The position numbers and the translations under genes were made by a program. A stretch of DNA of 32,000 nt, from contig NC_009954.1 in assembly GCF_000018305.1 (NCBI RefSeq), positions 180,001-212,000 on the forward strand, given 5' to 3'. This document shows, one piece after another, positions 17,757 through 25,386 of this stretch (the first letter of the stretch is position 1; the number at the start of each line of letters is the position of its first letter). Source of the stretch: Caldivirga maquilingensis IC-167 (lineage in GTDB: Archaea; Thermoproteota; Thermoprotei; Thermoproteales; Thermocladiaceae). The notes beneath the pieces are model-generated. The model searched no databases and had not been told where the DNA came from. It saw only the letters and a list, made by a program, of their open reading frames with translations.

Positions 17757-18592
17757 GCAGTTACCCATTTGAAATAATACCATCCCTCAGGAGGGATACC
17801 TTAAGGAGACTGATAAGCGAGGGTAAGAGACCTGATGACAGGCAGTTAATCAGTATGAGGGACTTAACCATAAGGGTTGGGGTTATTAAGACCGCTGACG
17901 GCAGCGCCCTAGTTAACCTAGGCAATACTAAGGTGATAGCAGGCATTAAGTTTGAGTTAGGTAAGCCATTTGAGGATACGCCTAATGAAGGTAACCTAAT
18001 AGTGAACCTGGAGACCCCACCATTGGCTGCACCAACCTTTGAACCCGGTCCACCTGATGAGAACGCCATTGAGATCGCCAGGATCATTGATAGGGCGCTT
18101 AGGCACAGTAATTACATACCCTTAAGGGACTTAGTCATAATACCAGGTAAGTCTGTTTACTCAATGTGGGTGGACATATATGTCCTTAACCATGACGGTA
18201 ACTTAATAGACTCCTCAATGCTAGCGGCTGTTTCAGCCATTGCCAATGCGCAGGTACCAAGGGCTATTATTGATGGTGAGAACGTTAAACTAGATAAGTC
18301 AACTAAGATACCGTTAAACATTAATCCCCAGAACATGCCGCTAACTGTAACATACTATAAGATTGACAAGTACCTAATAGTTGATCCAACCCTGGAGGAG
18401 GAGGTTATGAGTGATGGTAGATTCACCGTGGCTTCGGATGGTGAGAACATTGTTGCATTACAGAAGGGTGAGGGCTACTTCACACCTGAGGAGGTTGACT
18501 CAATGATGAATAATACGTTGAATATTGTAAGGGACCTTAAGGTTAAGGTACTTGAAATGGTTAAAACACCTGCTAATTCACTATTGTTTTAA
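17753..18592 (+). CDS. rrp42: Exosome complex subunit Rrp42 (RNase PH-like, non-catalytic)
   Basis: 279-aa ORF. RPDDRQLISMRDLTIRVGVIKTADGSALVNLGNTKVIAGIK shows the RNase PH-like fold pattern. It is translationally coupled to rrp41. Confidence 0.9.
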   Translation: MSSYPFEIIPSLRRDTLRRLISEGKRPDDRQLISMRDLTIRVGVIKTADGSALVNLGNTKVIAGIKFELGKPFEDTPNEGNLIVNLETPPLAAPTFEPGPPDENAIEIARIIDRALRHSNYIPLRDLVIIPGKSVYSMWVDIYVLNHDGNLIDSSMLAAVSAIANAQVPRAIIDGENVKLDKSTKIPLNINPQNMPLTVTYYKIDKYLIVDPTLEEEVMSDGRFTVASDGENIVALQKGEGYFTPEEVDSMMNNTLNIVRDLKVKVLEMVKTPANSLLF

Positions 18593-18612
18593 ATATTGGT
18601 TTTAAAATTAGG

Positions 18613-19980
18613 TTACTTATTAATAATATCATTGAACGTTAAAATAACCATATCAGACGGTACCTTAGCAATATTACCTATCCTAGTCATTATAAGCATC
18701 TTAATACCCTTACCAACTGCAGCATCAACAAGCCTCTGGGTGCCTACCCCGTCGAAAACAATGGCGTACGCATCGTTAACCTGCTGAAGGGTATCAAGCA
18801 GATCCCTAACTGGAACCCTCTTCAACACCGTCCAGTTCTTATCATATATTATAGCCTCCAGTGTACCTGATAGTTTATTAATCTCATCAACAACACTGGT
18901 GGGTAGTTGGGGAGTCTGCTGAGTGGATTGCTGCATGGTAGTTACTTGAACCTGACCCTGAGTTTGGGCAGGAACCTCAATGACCTGCGTCTGCTGCGTA
19001 ACCTGGACCTGTTGAATAGGCTGCGTGGGTTGCGTTGATTCAGGCTGAGGCTGGGGGGATGTTGGTGCCGCTGATGGTTGGACTTGAGCCTGCTCAATCT
19101 GCTTCTTACTCTCCTCAATTATTTGCCTATCCTTCTTACTTAACTGGTTAATATACTCCTCAACAGGTATCTTATTCCTGAGGGCCTTGGCAATCTCCTT
19201 AGCCGTCAACTGCTCAACCTCCTTACCTGGTGGAGCCCTGGCTATGTAATCTATGTCAGCCACCTTAAGCAGCTCCCTTAATATCATTTCACCACCCCTA
19301 TCACCATCAGTGAAGGCTATTGTAGTCTTCCTGCGGCTTAACTCAATAACAGTCTTAGGTATACCACCGCTAGCCCCCTCTATGGCTATTACATTCCTAT
19401 AACCATGCTTAATTAAGTTAACTACATCAGCCCTACCCTCAACGATTATTACTGTATCAGAGGATTCTACATCAGGCCCAGCAGGTAAGCCCTCTGGACC
19501 ATATGATACAACCTCACCCTGCTTAACCTCACCGAGGAACTTATCCATAAGCTCCTTAGTATCAGGTATGGTCTCCCTCTCAATGAGCTTAATCAACTCC
19601 TTAGCCCTATCTATTATTAATTTACGCTTCTCACTCCTCAAGTCCTTAATTGAATTAACCTGGAACTTGGCGTTATATGGACCAACCCTATCAACAGTCT
19701 CAAGCATTGCAGCTATTAAAGCAGTCTCATAGTGATCCAGGTTTGATGGCACGTAAACCTTACCCACCGTTTTATCACCCCTATGCTCAACCTCAACCTC
19801 AATCCTACCAATCCTACTGGTGTTTTGAAGCTCCCTTAAATCCAAGTCAGAGCCCAGTAGACCCTCTGTTTGACTGAATAAGGCACCTATTATGTCTGGT
19901 TTATCCACGGTGCCTTGTACCTCGAAGCCAAGTTCTATTAGGTACTTGGCTGATATTGTTAATGCACCCATTAACACCAC
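18613..19980 (-). CDS. dnaG: Archaeal DnaG-like TOPRIM protein (exosome-associated primase homologue)
   Basis: 455-aa ORF. The track start is GTG at 19980; an in-frame ATG at 19971 gives MGALTISAKYLIELGFEVQG. It has the archaeal DnaG N-terminal domain (DIIGALFSQTEGLLG) and TOPRIM motifs VIIVEGRADV and FTDGDRGGE. A 65-residue Q/P/T-rich insert precedes the C-terminal domain. Confidence 0.88.
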   Translation of the reverse strand: MVLMGALTISAKYLIELGFEVQGTVDKPDIIGALFSQTEGLLGSDLDLRELQNTSRIGRIEVEVEHRGDKTVGKVYVPSNLDHYETALIAAMLETVDRVGPYNAKFQVNSIKDLRSEKRKLIIDRAKELIKLIERETIPDTKELMDKFLGEVKQGEVVSYGPEGLPAGPDVESSDTVIIVEGRADVVNLIKHGYRNVIAIEGASGGIPKTVIELSRRKTTIAFTDGDRGGEMILRELLKVADIDYIARAPPGKEVEQLTAKEIAKALRNKIPVEEYINQLSKKDRQIIEESKKQIEQAQVQPSAAPTSPQPQPESTQPTQPIQQVQVTQQTQVIEVPAQTQGQVQVTTMQQSTQQTPQLPTSVVDEINKLSGTLEAIIYDKNWTVLKRVPVRDLLDTLQQVNDAYAIVFDGVGTQRLVDAAVGKGIKMLIMTRIGNIAKVPSDMVILTFNDIINK

Positions 19981-20174
19981 CCAATAGCAACCACATGAGT
20001 AGCTACCTTATTAACGTTTCTAGTAATAATAAGATATTAGGTTCAATGACTAGTACATAGTAGTGCGTGAGGGGAGCAAAGGGGCCCCTCGACCCTTCAT
20101 AGGCCTGGGTCCCAGGTCTCCAGGAGGAGTCCCCATTACTGATGCATGCTCATGTTTTTAAACCTATGCGCAAG

Positions 20175-20182
20175 TTTAAAAT
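20175..20182 (+). promoter_or_regulatory. TATA box upstream of the C/D-box sRNA candidate
   Basis: TTTAAAAT is centred about 26-27 nt upstream of the first nucleotide of the putative C box at 20206. Confidence 0.4.
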
Positions 20183-20205
20183 AACCCGTGAATTAAACAG
20201 TGCTG

Positions 20206-20254
20206 GTGATTAAGCGCGTTGGTCCTGAGGAGTGATGAGAGACGGACGGAATGA
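20206..20254 (+). ncRNA. C/D-box sRNA candidate (2'-O-methylation guide)
   Basis: Architecture is exact: C box GUGAUUA (20206-12), 12-nt spacer AGCGCGUUGGUC, D' CUGA (20225-28), 3-nt linker GGA, C' GUGAUGA (20232-38), 12-nt spacer GAGACGGACGGA, D box AUGA (20251-54). The two deviations are compensatory: C-box position 6 changes G to U and D-box position 1 changes C to A, which keeps the Watson-Crick pair of the k-turn stem as U-A. A TATA box sits at the expected distance. Confidence 0.6.
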
Positions 20255-20615
20255 AGACTTAAAGTTAATATAAGCACCCTCAATAATTAACCTTAGACTT
20301 AACTCAATTAATGAGTACATGAGGCATGATGGTAACGGTGCAGGGATCCTAATTAAACAAGGATCTTTGAGAAAAACAATGTAGAAGCATTACCACGCTC
20401 AGTCTCTCGGTAAGGCTAACTTATTAACCGAGGGTTAATCATTCAGGTAACAGTAGTTGCATTAGTACTTGTATTTACCTTAGGCTTCTACTAATTCCTT
20501 AATAATTAATAAGGTGGCTTAACATTGAACTTTAGTTTAAAGCTCTTCTTAACCACAGCTTGAATCGCCGTATTTATGGGTGACTAAGTGTTTTTAAACA
20601 GCAGGCTTACAGTTA

Positions 20616-20999
20616 GTGAATGTGCAGTCAAAGGCTGTGGTGCTTAAGTTCCAGAATGGTGAAGTAGTGGTGAGGCTGGATATGGCTAGGTCCCCCATAA
20701 CTGCAACCAGGTTGCTGAATGCATTACCTGTTTCAACACCATTCACTAGGATAGGATCATTAATAACAATACCCCTTGACTTAGGTTCATTACCGGAAAC
20801 ATTCGAGGTTAAGGCTAGGAGAGGGGAGTTATGCTATAGGCCTAATACCAAGCAGTTAATCCTGGCAACAGAGGATACTCAGATAGGAACTAGAATTAAT
20901 CCACTTGGAATAGTGGTCTCTAACATAGATCTACTGGATTCCATTAAACCAGGTATAGTCACGATAATTCCAGTTAACATTGAGGGTAAGGCAAGTTAA
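20616..20999 (+). CDS. Cyclophilin-like superfamily protein of unknown function (TM1367/PF04126-like)
   Basis: 127-aa ORF with a GTG start. The pattern (A..L...LP.......G.......P........V..GEL.Y.P......I) resembles the cyclophilin-like small-protein family as I remember it. This is a weak, memory-based call. Confidence 0.5.
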   Translation: MNVQSKAVVLKFQNGEVVVRLDMARSPITATRLLNALPVSTPFTRIGSLITIPLDLGSLPETFEVKARRGELCYRPNTKQLILATEDTQIGTRINPLGIVVSNIDLLDSIKPGIVTIIPVNIEGKAS

Positions 21000-21013
21000 C
21001 CTCATAAACATTC

Positions 21014-21059
21014 CACGGATTACCCCCTTTGGATAATTCCGTGTAGTTGCCTCATTTTT
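21014..21059 (+). terminator. Hairpin plus T5 tract downstream of the cyclophilin-like gene
   Basis: CACGGA (21014-19) pairs with TCCGTG (21038-43), with extra A/T pairs, followed by TTTTT at 21055-59. The stop codon is 14 nt upstream of the hairpin. Confidence 0.3.
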
Positions 21060-21127
21060 AATGCAACACCTTAATTGAGTAGTGAATAGTATTTGAATAA
21101 TCTATGATTAAATAAGGCTACTGCATA

Positions 21128-22513
21128 TTGCATAAAACACTAAACCACCGGTGGAGTATGCTTAACATGGTTAAAAACATCGTATTCTTCATGGAGATGC
21201 ATCAACCTAGGAGACTTAATAGGCTTCTTCATTATCAATCCTCAATGGAACCCCTTGACCTTTTATTCGATGATGAACTTGATAAGCTTATTTTAAGTAG
21301 GATTGCAGCTAGATCCTACAGTAAGGTTCTTGATATTATTAAGGAGGCTAATAGGGAATACGGCTACAGGTTTGCGATTAGTATAACTGGGGTATTGGTT
21401 GAACAGTTGAGGAAATGGGCCCCGGAGGTTTTAGGGAAGTTAATTAACTTAATTAATGATGATGCCGCTGAGCCAGTGGCTGAAACCTATTACCACTCCT
21501 TAGCTTACTTAATTGATGAAGCTGAATTCAGGGAGCAGGTTATGATGCATGTTAATTTAATTGAGAAGTTAACCGGGAAGAGACCTGTTACTGTGCAGAA
21601 TACTGAATTCATGTATAGTGATGATGTTGGTAGGGTGTTTTCAGAAATGGGGTTTAAGGTAGCCTTAACCGAGGGTGTGGAGAGGGTTCTTGGGTTTAGG
21701 CAGCCAACTTACCTTTACAAGAGCCCAAGCGGCTTACTGCTCCTGCTTAGGCATTATAGGCTTTCCGATGATGTTGGTTTCAGGTTTACGAATAAGTCAT
21801 GGGACCAGTACCCGTTAACTGCCGATAAGTACGTTGCTTGGTTAAGGGCGACATGGGGTGATTTAGTAATGATTGGGTTAGACATGGAGACCTTCGGTGA
21901 ACACATGCCTGAGGAGTCGGGAATATTTGAGTTCCTGAGGTGGATGTTTAGGCATGCTTATGAATCAGGCATAAGGTTCATAGCGCCAAGTGAGGTTAAG
22001 GGGTACGTGTCATCATCATATGAACTTAACGTTAATGAAGTAATATCGTGGGCTGATGCTGAGAAGGATACCTCAGCGTGGATTGGCAATGAAATGCAGT
22101 GGACGTCGTTTAACCAAGTGGCTATGCTTCACGGTTTAGTTAAGGAGCTTGGTGATGAGTATCTGAGGAATTACGTTAGGTTACTCATGGTTAGTGACCA
22201 CTTCTACTACATGTCAACTAAACATGGTGCACCTCAGGATGTTCACAATTACTTTAACCCATACTACAGCCCCTATAGAGCCTTTACCCTGCATCAATCC
22301 GCGGTGCATAGGGTACTTAGCTACATGGCTAGGACGCATGGTAATGCCTCAGTTATTAGGCATTTAGCCAGGATTAAACTACCCAGTGAGTTAGCTACCT
22401 GGGTTAGGGGTGAGTCATTTAGTAAGGCTCAATGCACCAATGCCCAATACACGGCTAGGCTTATGACTATTAATCACCCTAAGTTAACTGAAGCCTGCAG
22501 TAAATCAAGCTAA
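21128..22513 (+). CDS. Glycoside hydrolase family 57 (alpha-amylase/alpha-glucan-acting enzyme)
   Basis: 461-aa ORF. The track start is TTG at 21128; the ATG at 21158 (MLNMVKNIVFF) is preceded by GGTGGAG and is the likelier start. All five GH57 conserved regions are recognisable: MEMHQP, EPVAETYYHS, QNTEFMY (candidate nucleophile Glu), LDMETFGEH (candidate acid/base Asp), and VSDHFYYM. Confidence 0.8.
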   Translation: MHKTLNHRWSMLNMVKNIVFFMEMHQPRRLNRLLHYQSSMEPLDLLFDDELDKLILSRIAARSYSKVLDIIKEANREYGYRFAISITGVLVEQLRKWAPEVLGKLINLINDDAAEPVAETYYHSLAYLIDEAEFREQVMMHVNLIEKLTGKRPVTVQNTEFMYSDDVGRVFSEMGFKVALTEGVERVLGFRQPTYLYKSPSGLLLLLRHYRLSDDVGFRFTNKSWDQYPLTADKYVAWLRATWGDLVMIGLDMETFGEHMPEESGIFEFLRWMFRHAYESGIRFIAPSEVKGYVSSSYELNVNEVISWADAEKDTSAWIGNEMQWTSFNQVAMLHGLVKELGDEYLRNYVRLLMVSDHFYYMSTKHGAPQDVHNYFNPYYSPYRAFTLHQSAVHRVLSYMARTHGNASVIRHLARIKLPSELATWVRGESFSKAQCTNAQYTARLMTINHPKLTEACSKSS

Positions 22514-22560
22514 TGGGGAGTTAACATGATTCGCCTGCTTTAAGTCATGGTAAGGATAGT

Positions 22561-25245
22561 TTAGTTAATTGTCTTAATGGTGAATATGAATCTCCCTGAA
22601 CCAACCTCAACCACTATACGGTCCCCAGCATCCTTAACCGATAATACCCCAGGGCTAACTTCAACCACCTTACCCCCACTCCAAAGCACTTTATCACCCT
22701 CCCTCACTACCGTTGATTCACCCAGTTTAGGTAAGTGAACCTCTGCGGTTGAATTAACGGGTACAGTAACCGTAACCACCAGTTCATCATTAACCCTACT
22801 CCACTCAACTGAGGTAAGCCCCCTAACAGTGTATAATGATGCTGAGCAATACCTCAACTCACTGGGTATGTTTGGCTTAATCATTATTCTTGAGAAACCC
22901 GGCTCCAGGGTCATTAACCCGGCTAAATCCCTGTAGAACCATGCGTCAATGCTCCCAAACATGTGGTGATTATGGGAATTCATACCAGCCCCAGTGAGCT
23001 TCTCCCACCTCTCCCACAGTGTGGTTGCACCCTCCTTAATCATGTACCCCCAGCCTGGGTACGATTCCTGCGTCACAGCCCTGTAGGCTAAATCAACGTA
23101 ACCGTACTTAACCAGGACCTCGGGTACGTACTTCGCCCCAAATATACCCACCACTAAGTGCCTATCCCAATCAGCCTCAATATTATGCGCTAGGGCTTTA
23201 ACTATGTCGTTAACCCTATTGCCGGGTACCATGTCGAGGTAGAGGGGTAGGGCATTGCATGTTTGTGAACCACCAAGCATTCTAACTGAACCATCAGGGG
23301 CAGTGTACTTTGAGTAGTAGCCGCGTTCCGTTAGGAAAACTCTATTGAAGGCATCCCTAATTTCCTCAGCCCTCTTAGTGAAGAAGCTGGCGTCTTCACC
23401 ACGGCCAAGCACCTTGGCTATTTGGGCCAGGGTTAACGTATCCCTATAAAGTATCCATGTTGATAATATTTCAGGTGGGCAGTATTCAGCTGAGAAGACC
23501 CTACCTGGTGGTACCCATTCACCATACTTACTGAAGTAGAGTACATTATCCTTAACCCTTGAGTTGAGGAAACTCCACCACTTCTTCATAGCTTCATAAG
23601 CCTCCTCAAGAATTTCCACGTCACCGTAATGCACGTAGAGTAGCCATGGAATGTAAATTAAGGCTGTTCCCCAAGCTGGGTCAGCTGGGTACGTATTCCA
23701 GTAAGGTGGTACAGTATCCGGTATTGAGCCATCATCCCTCTGTGAATCAATAATATCACGAATGAACTTCTCATAGTACTTAACCATGTTGAAGTTAAAC
23801 ACGGCTGAGTCTGAGGATAACCAAGCATCCCCAAGCCAACCCATGCGTTCATCCCTTTGCGGGCAATCCGTCTGAATACCATTAAGTAGGTTAGCCCTTA
23901 GGCTCCACCAAGTGATCCTGTGGATATCATTAATTATTTTACTTGACGTAGCTATTGATCCAGTTGACTCAAAGTCCGTTTGAACAATAACGGCCTCAAC
24001 ATCATCAATAGACGGTACACCTGGGTAACCAGTCACCTCAGCGTACCTGAAGCCGTGGTAAGTGAACCTGGGTTCAAGAACCTCAACATCCCTGCCGCTT
24101 AATATGTATGTATCCGTGGCCTCGGCGCCGCGAATATTCTCAACGTTAAGTGATCCATCGGAATTAATGACCTCACTATGCCTAACCTTAACCTCAACAC
24201 CACTACTCCCCCTAACCCTAAGCCTAACCCAACCGGTTATGTTTTGCCCAAAGTCAAAAACATAGACTCCAGGTCTTGGATTATAATACTCCCTAGGCTT
24301 CAATGTTCCCTTAACCTTGGTTCCAGGTACTGCGGCAGTGGACCTAAGCCTACCACCAGGTGGCTTAACTACACTGCATTGTACCCAGTTTGAGTCATCG
24401 AAGCCGGCCTTATCCCAGCCGTAGGGCTCCAGCCTAGCGTCATACCTGTACCCGTTATATATGTCGTCGTAGAGTATGGGGCCTTTAACTAGGCATTTCC
24501 AGGATTCATCAGTGTTAATGGTGATGACTGATCCATCACTCAGCCTGATCCTAATCATGGCGCTTGCCTTAGGTTCATCATAGTACTTGAGGCCAGGTAT
24601 TTGGGCCCGGTTAGGTGAAACAGGCCCATACCTCCCCCTACCTAGTATTAAGCCAATGACGTTTTCCCCACTCTTAACTAGGTTGGTTACATCATAGACA
24701 CTGTAGTAGACTGTCTTATCGTACTCACTCCAAGGTGGGTCAAGGACCCTATCCCCCACCCTTTCACCATTTATCCTAAGCTCATAGTAACCTAAACCAG
24801 TTACATAGGCCTTGGCCTCAATCACACTACCCTCCACCCTAAAGCTCCTCCTCAGTAACTGACCTCCACCAATCCATTTACCACTCCACTCCTCAGGCTT
24901 AAGTACCGCTGTCTCAAACCATTGAACATCACTCCAATCCCCCTCAACGCCATTTGAATCCCATGCCTTAACCCTCCAGTAATACTTAGTGAAGCTACTT
25001 AAGGGTGGTCCATTATATTTGATGACTTGATCCCTTGAATTAACCTTACCGCTATCCCACACATCACCAATACCCTTAACAGCGTTCTCAAGGCTACTAC
25101 TCACTATTACCCTATAGGCTGATTGATACTGCCCCCTTTCCTCATGCTCAAGAATCCAGGAGAACCTGGGCTTACTCTCATCAATACCAAGGGGATTAAC
25201 CGTGAATTCAACCCTAGCGTCTATGATTCTTAAACCGTGAACCAT
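22561..25245 (-). CDS. Alpha-L-rhamnosidase (GH78)
   Basis: 894-aa ORF. The N-terminus IIDARVEFTVNPLGIDESKPRFSWIL...YQSAYRVIVSSS is the characteristic bacterial-type rhamnosidase N-terminal domain. The six-hairpin catalytic region includes DCPQRDERMGWLGD. There is no signal peptide. Confidence 0.9.
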   Translation of the reverse strand: MVHGLRIIDARVEFTVNPLGIDESKPRFSWILEHEERGQYQSAYRVIVSSSLENAVKGIGDVWDSGKVNSRDQVIKYNGPPLSSFTKYYWRVKAWDSNGVEGDWSDVQWFETAVLKPEEWSGKWIGGGQLLRRSFRVEGSVIEAKAYVTGLGYYELRINGERVGDRVLDPPWSEYDKTVYYSVYDVTNLVKSGENVIGLILGRGRYGPVSPNRAQIPGLKYYDEPKASAMIRIRLSDGSVITINTDESWKCLVKGPILYDDIYNGYRYDARLEPYGWDKAGFDDSNWVQCSVVKPPGGRLRSTAAVPGTKVKGTLKPREYYNPRPGVYVFDFGQNITGWVRLRVRGSSGVEVKVRHSEVINSDGSLNVENIRGAEATDTYILSGRDVEVLEPRFTYHGFRYAEVTGYPGVPSIDDVEAVIVQTDFESTGSIATSSKIINDIHRITWWSLRANLLNGIQTDCPQRDERMGWLGDAWLSSDSAVFNFNMVKYYEKFIRDIIDSQRDDGSIPDTVPPYWNTYPADPAWGTALIYIPWLLYVHYGDVEILEEAYEAMKKWWSFLNSRVKDNVLYFSKYGEWVPPGRVFSAEYCPPEILSTWILYRDTLTLAQIAKVLGRGEDASFFTKRAEEIRDAFNRVFLTERGYYSKYTAPDGSVRMLGGSQTCNALPLYLDMVPGNRVNDIVKALAHNIEADWDRHLVVGIFGAKYVPEVLVKYGYVDLAYRAVTQESYPGWGYMIKEGATTLWERWEKLTGAGMNSHNHHMFGSIDAWFYRDLAGLMTLEPGFSRIMIKPNIPSELRYCSASLYTVRGLTSVEWSRVNDELVVTVTVPVNSTAEVHLPKLGESTVVREGDKVLWSGGKVVEVSPGVLSVKDAGDRIVVEVGSGRFIFTIKTIN

Positions 25246-25357
25246 ACTTATTAAATCTAGGACCCTATTTAACGAATCCGCTTAACGGGTTTAGGATTAA
25301 TTTAAGCCTACTTCCCCCTGCCGCCACGTATTAGTTGTAAACGGGTTCGCTGGTACG

Positions 25358-25364
25358 TTTAAAT
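25358..25364 (+). promoter_or_regulatory. TATA-like box for the dehydrogenase/rhamnonate dehydratase operon
   Basis: TTTAAAT is centred 26 nt upstream of the ATG at 25387, inside the 141-bp divergent region shared with the rhamnosidase gene. Confidence 0.4.
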
Positions 25365-25386
25365 CCCAGGTGTAGTTGATTAAGCA

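Noticed and set aside
20123-20134. GGAGGAGUCCCC resembles the RNase P RNA CR-I motif (GAGGAAAGUCC), raising the idea of a minimal type-T RNase P RNA.
   Set aside because: I found no CR-V/P4 partner (ACAGAA...complementary strand) at a suitable distance. The ACAGAAC at 3351-3357 is in a different locus, and its flank is not complementary.
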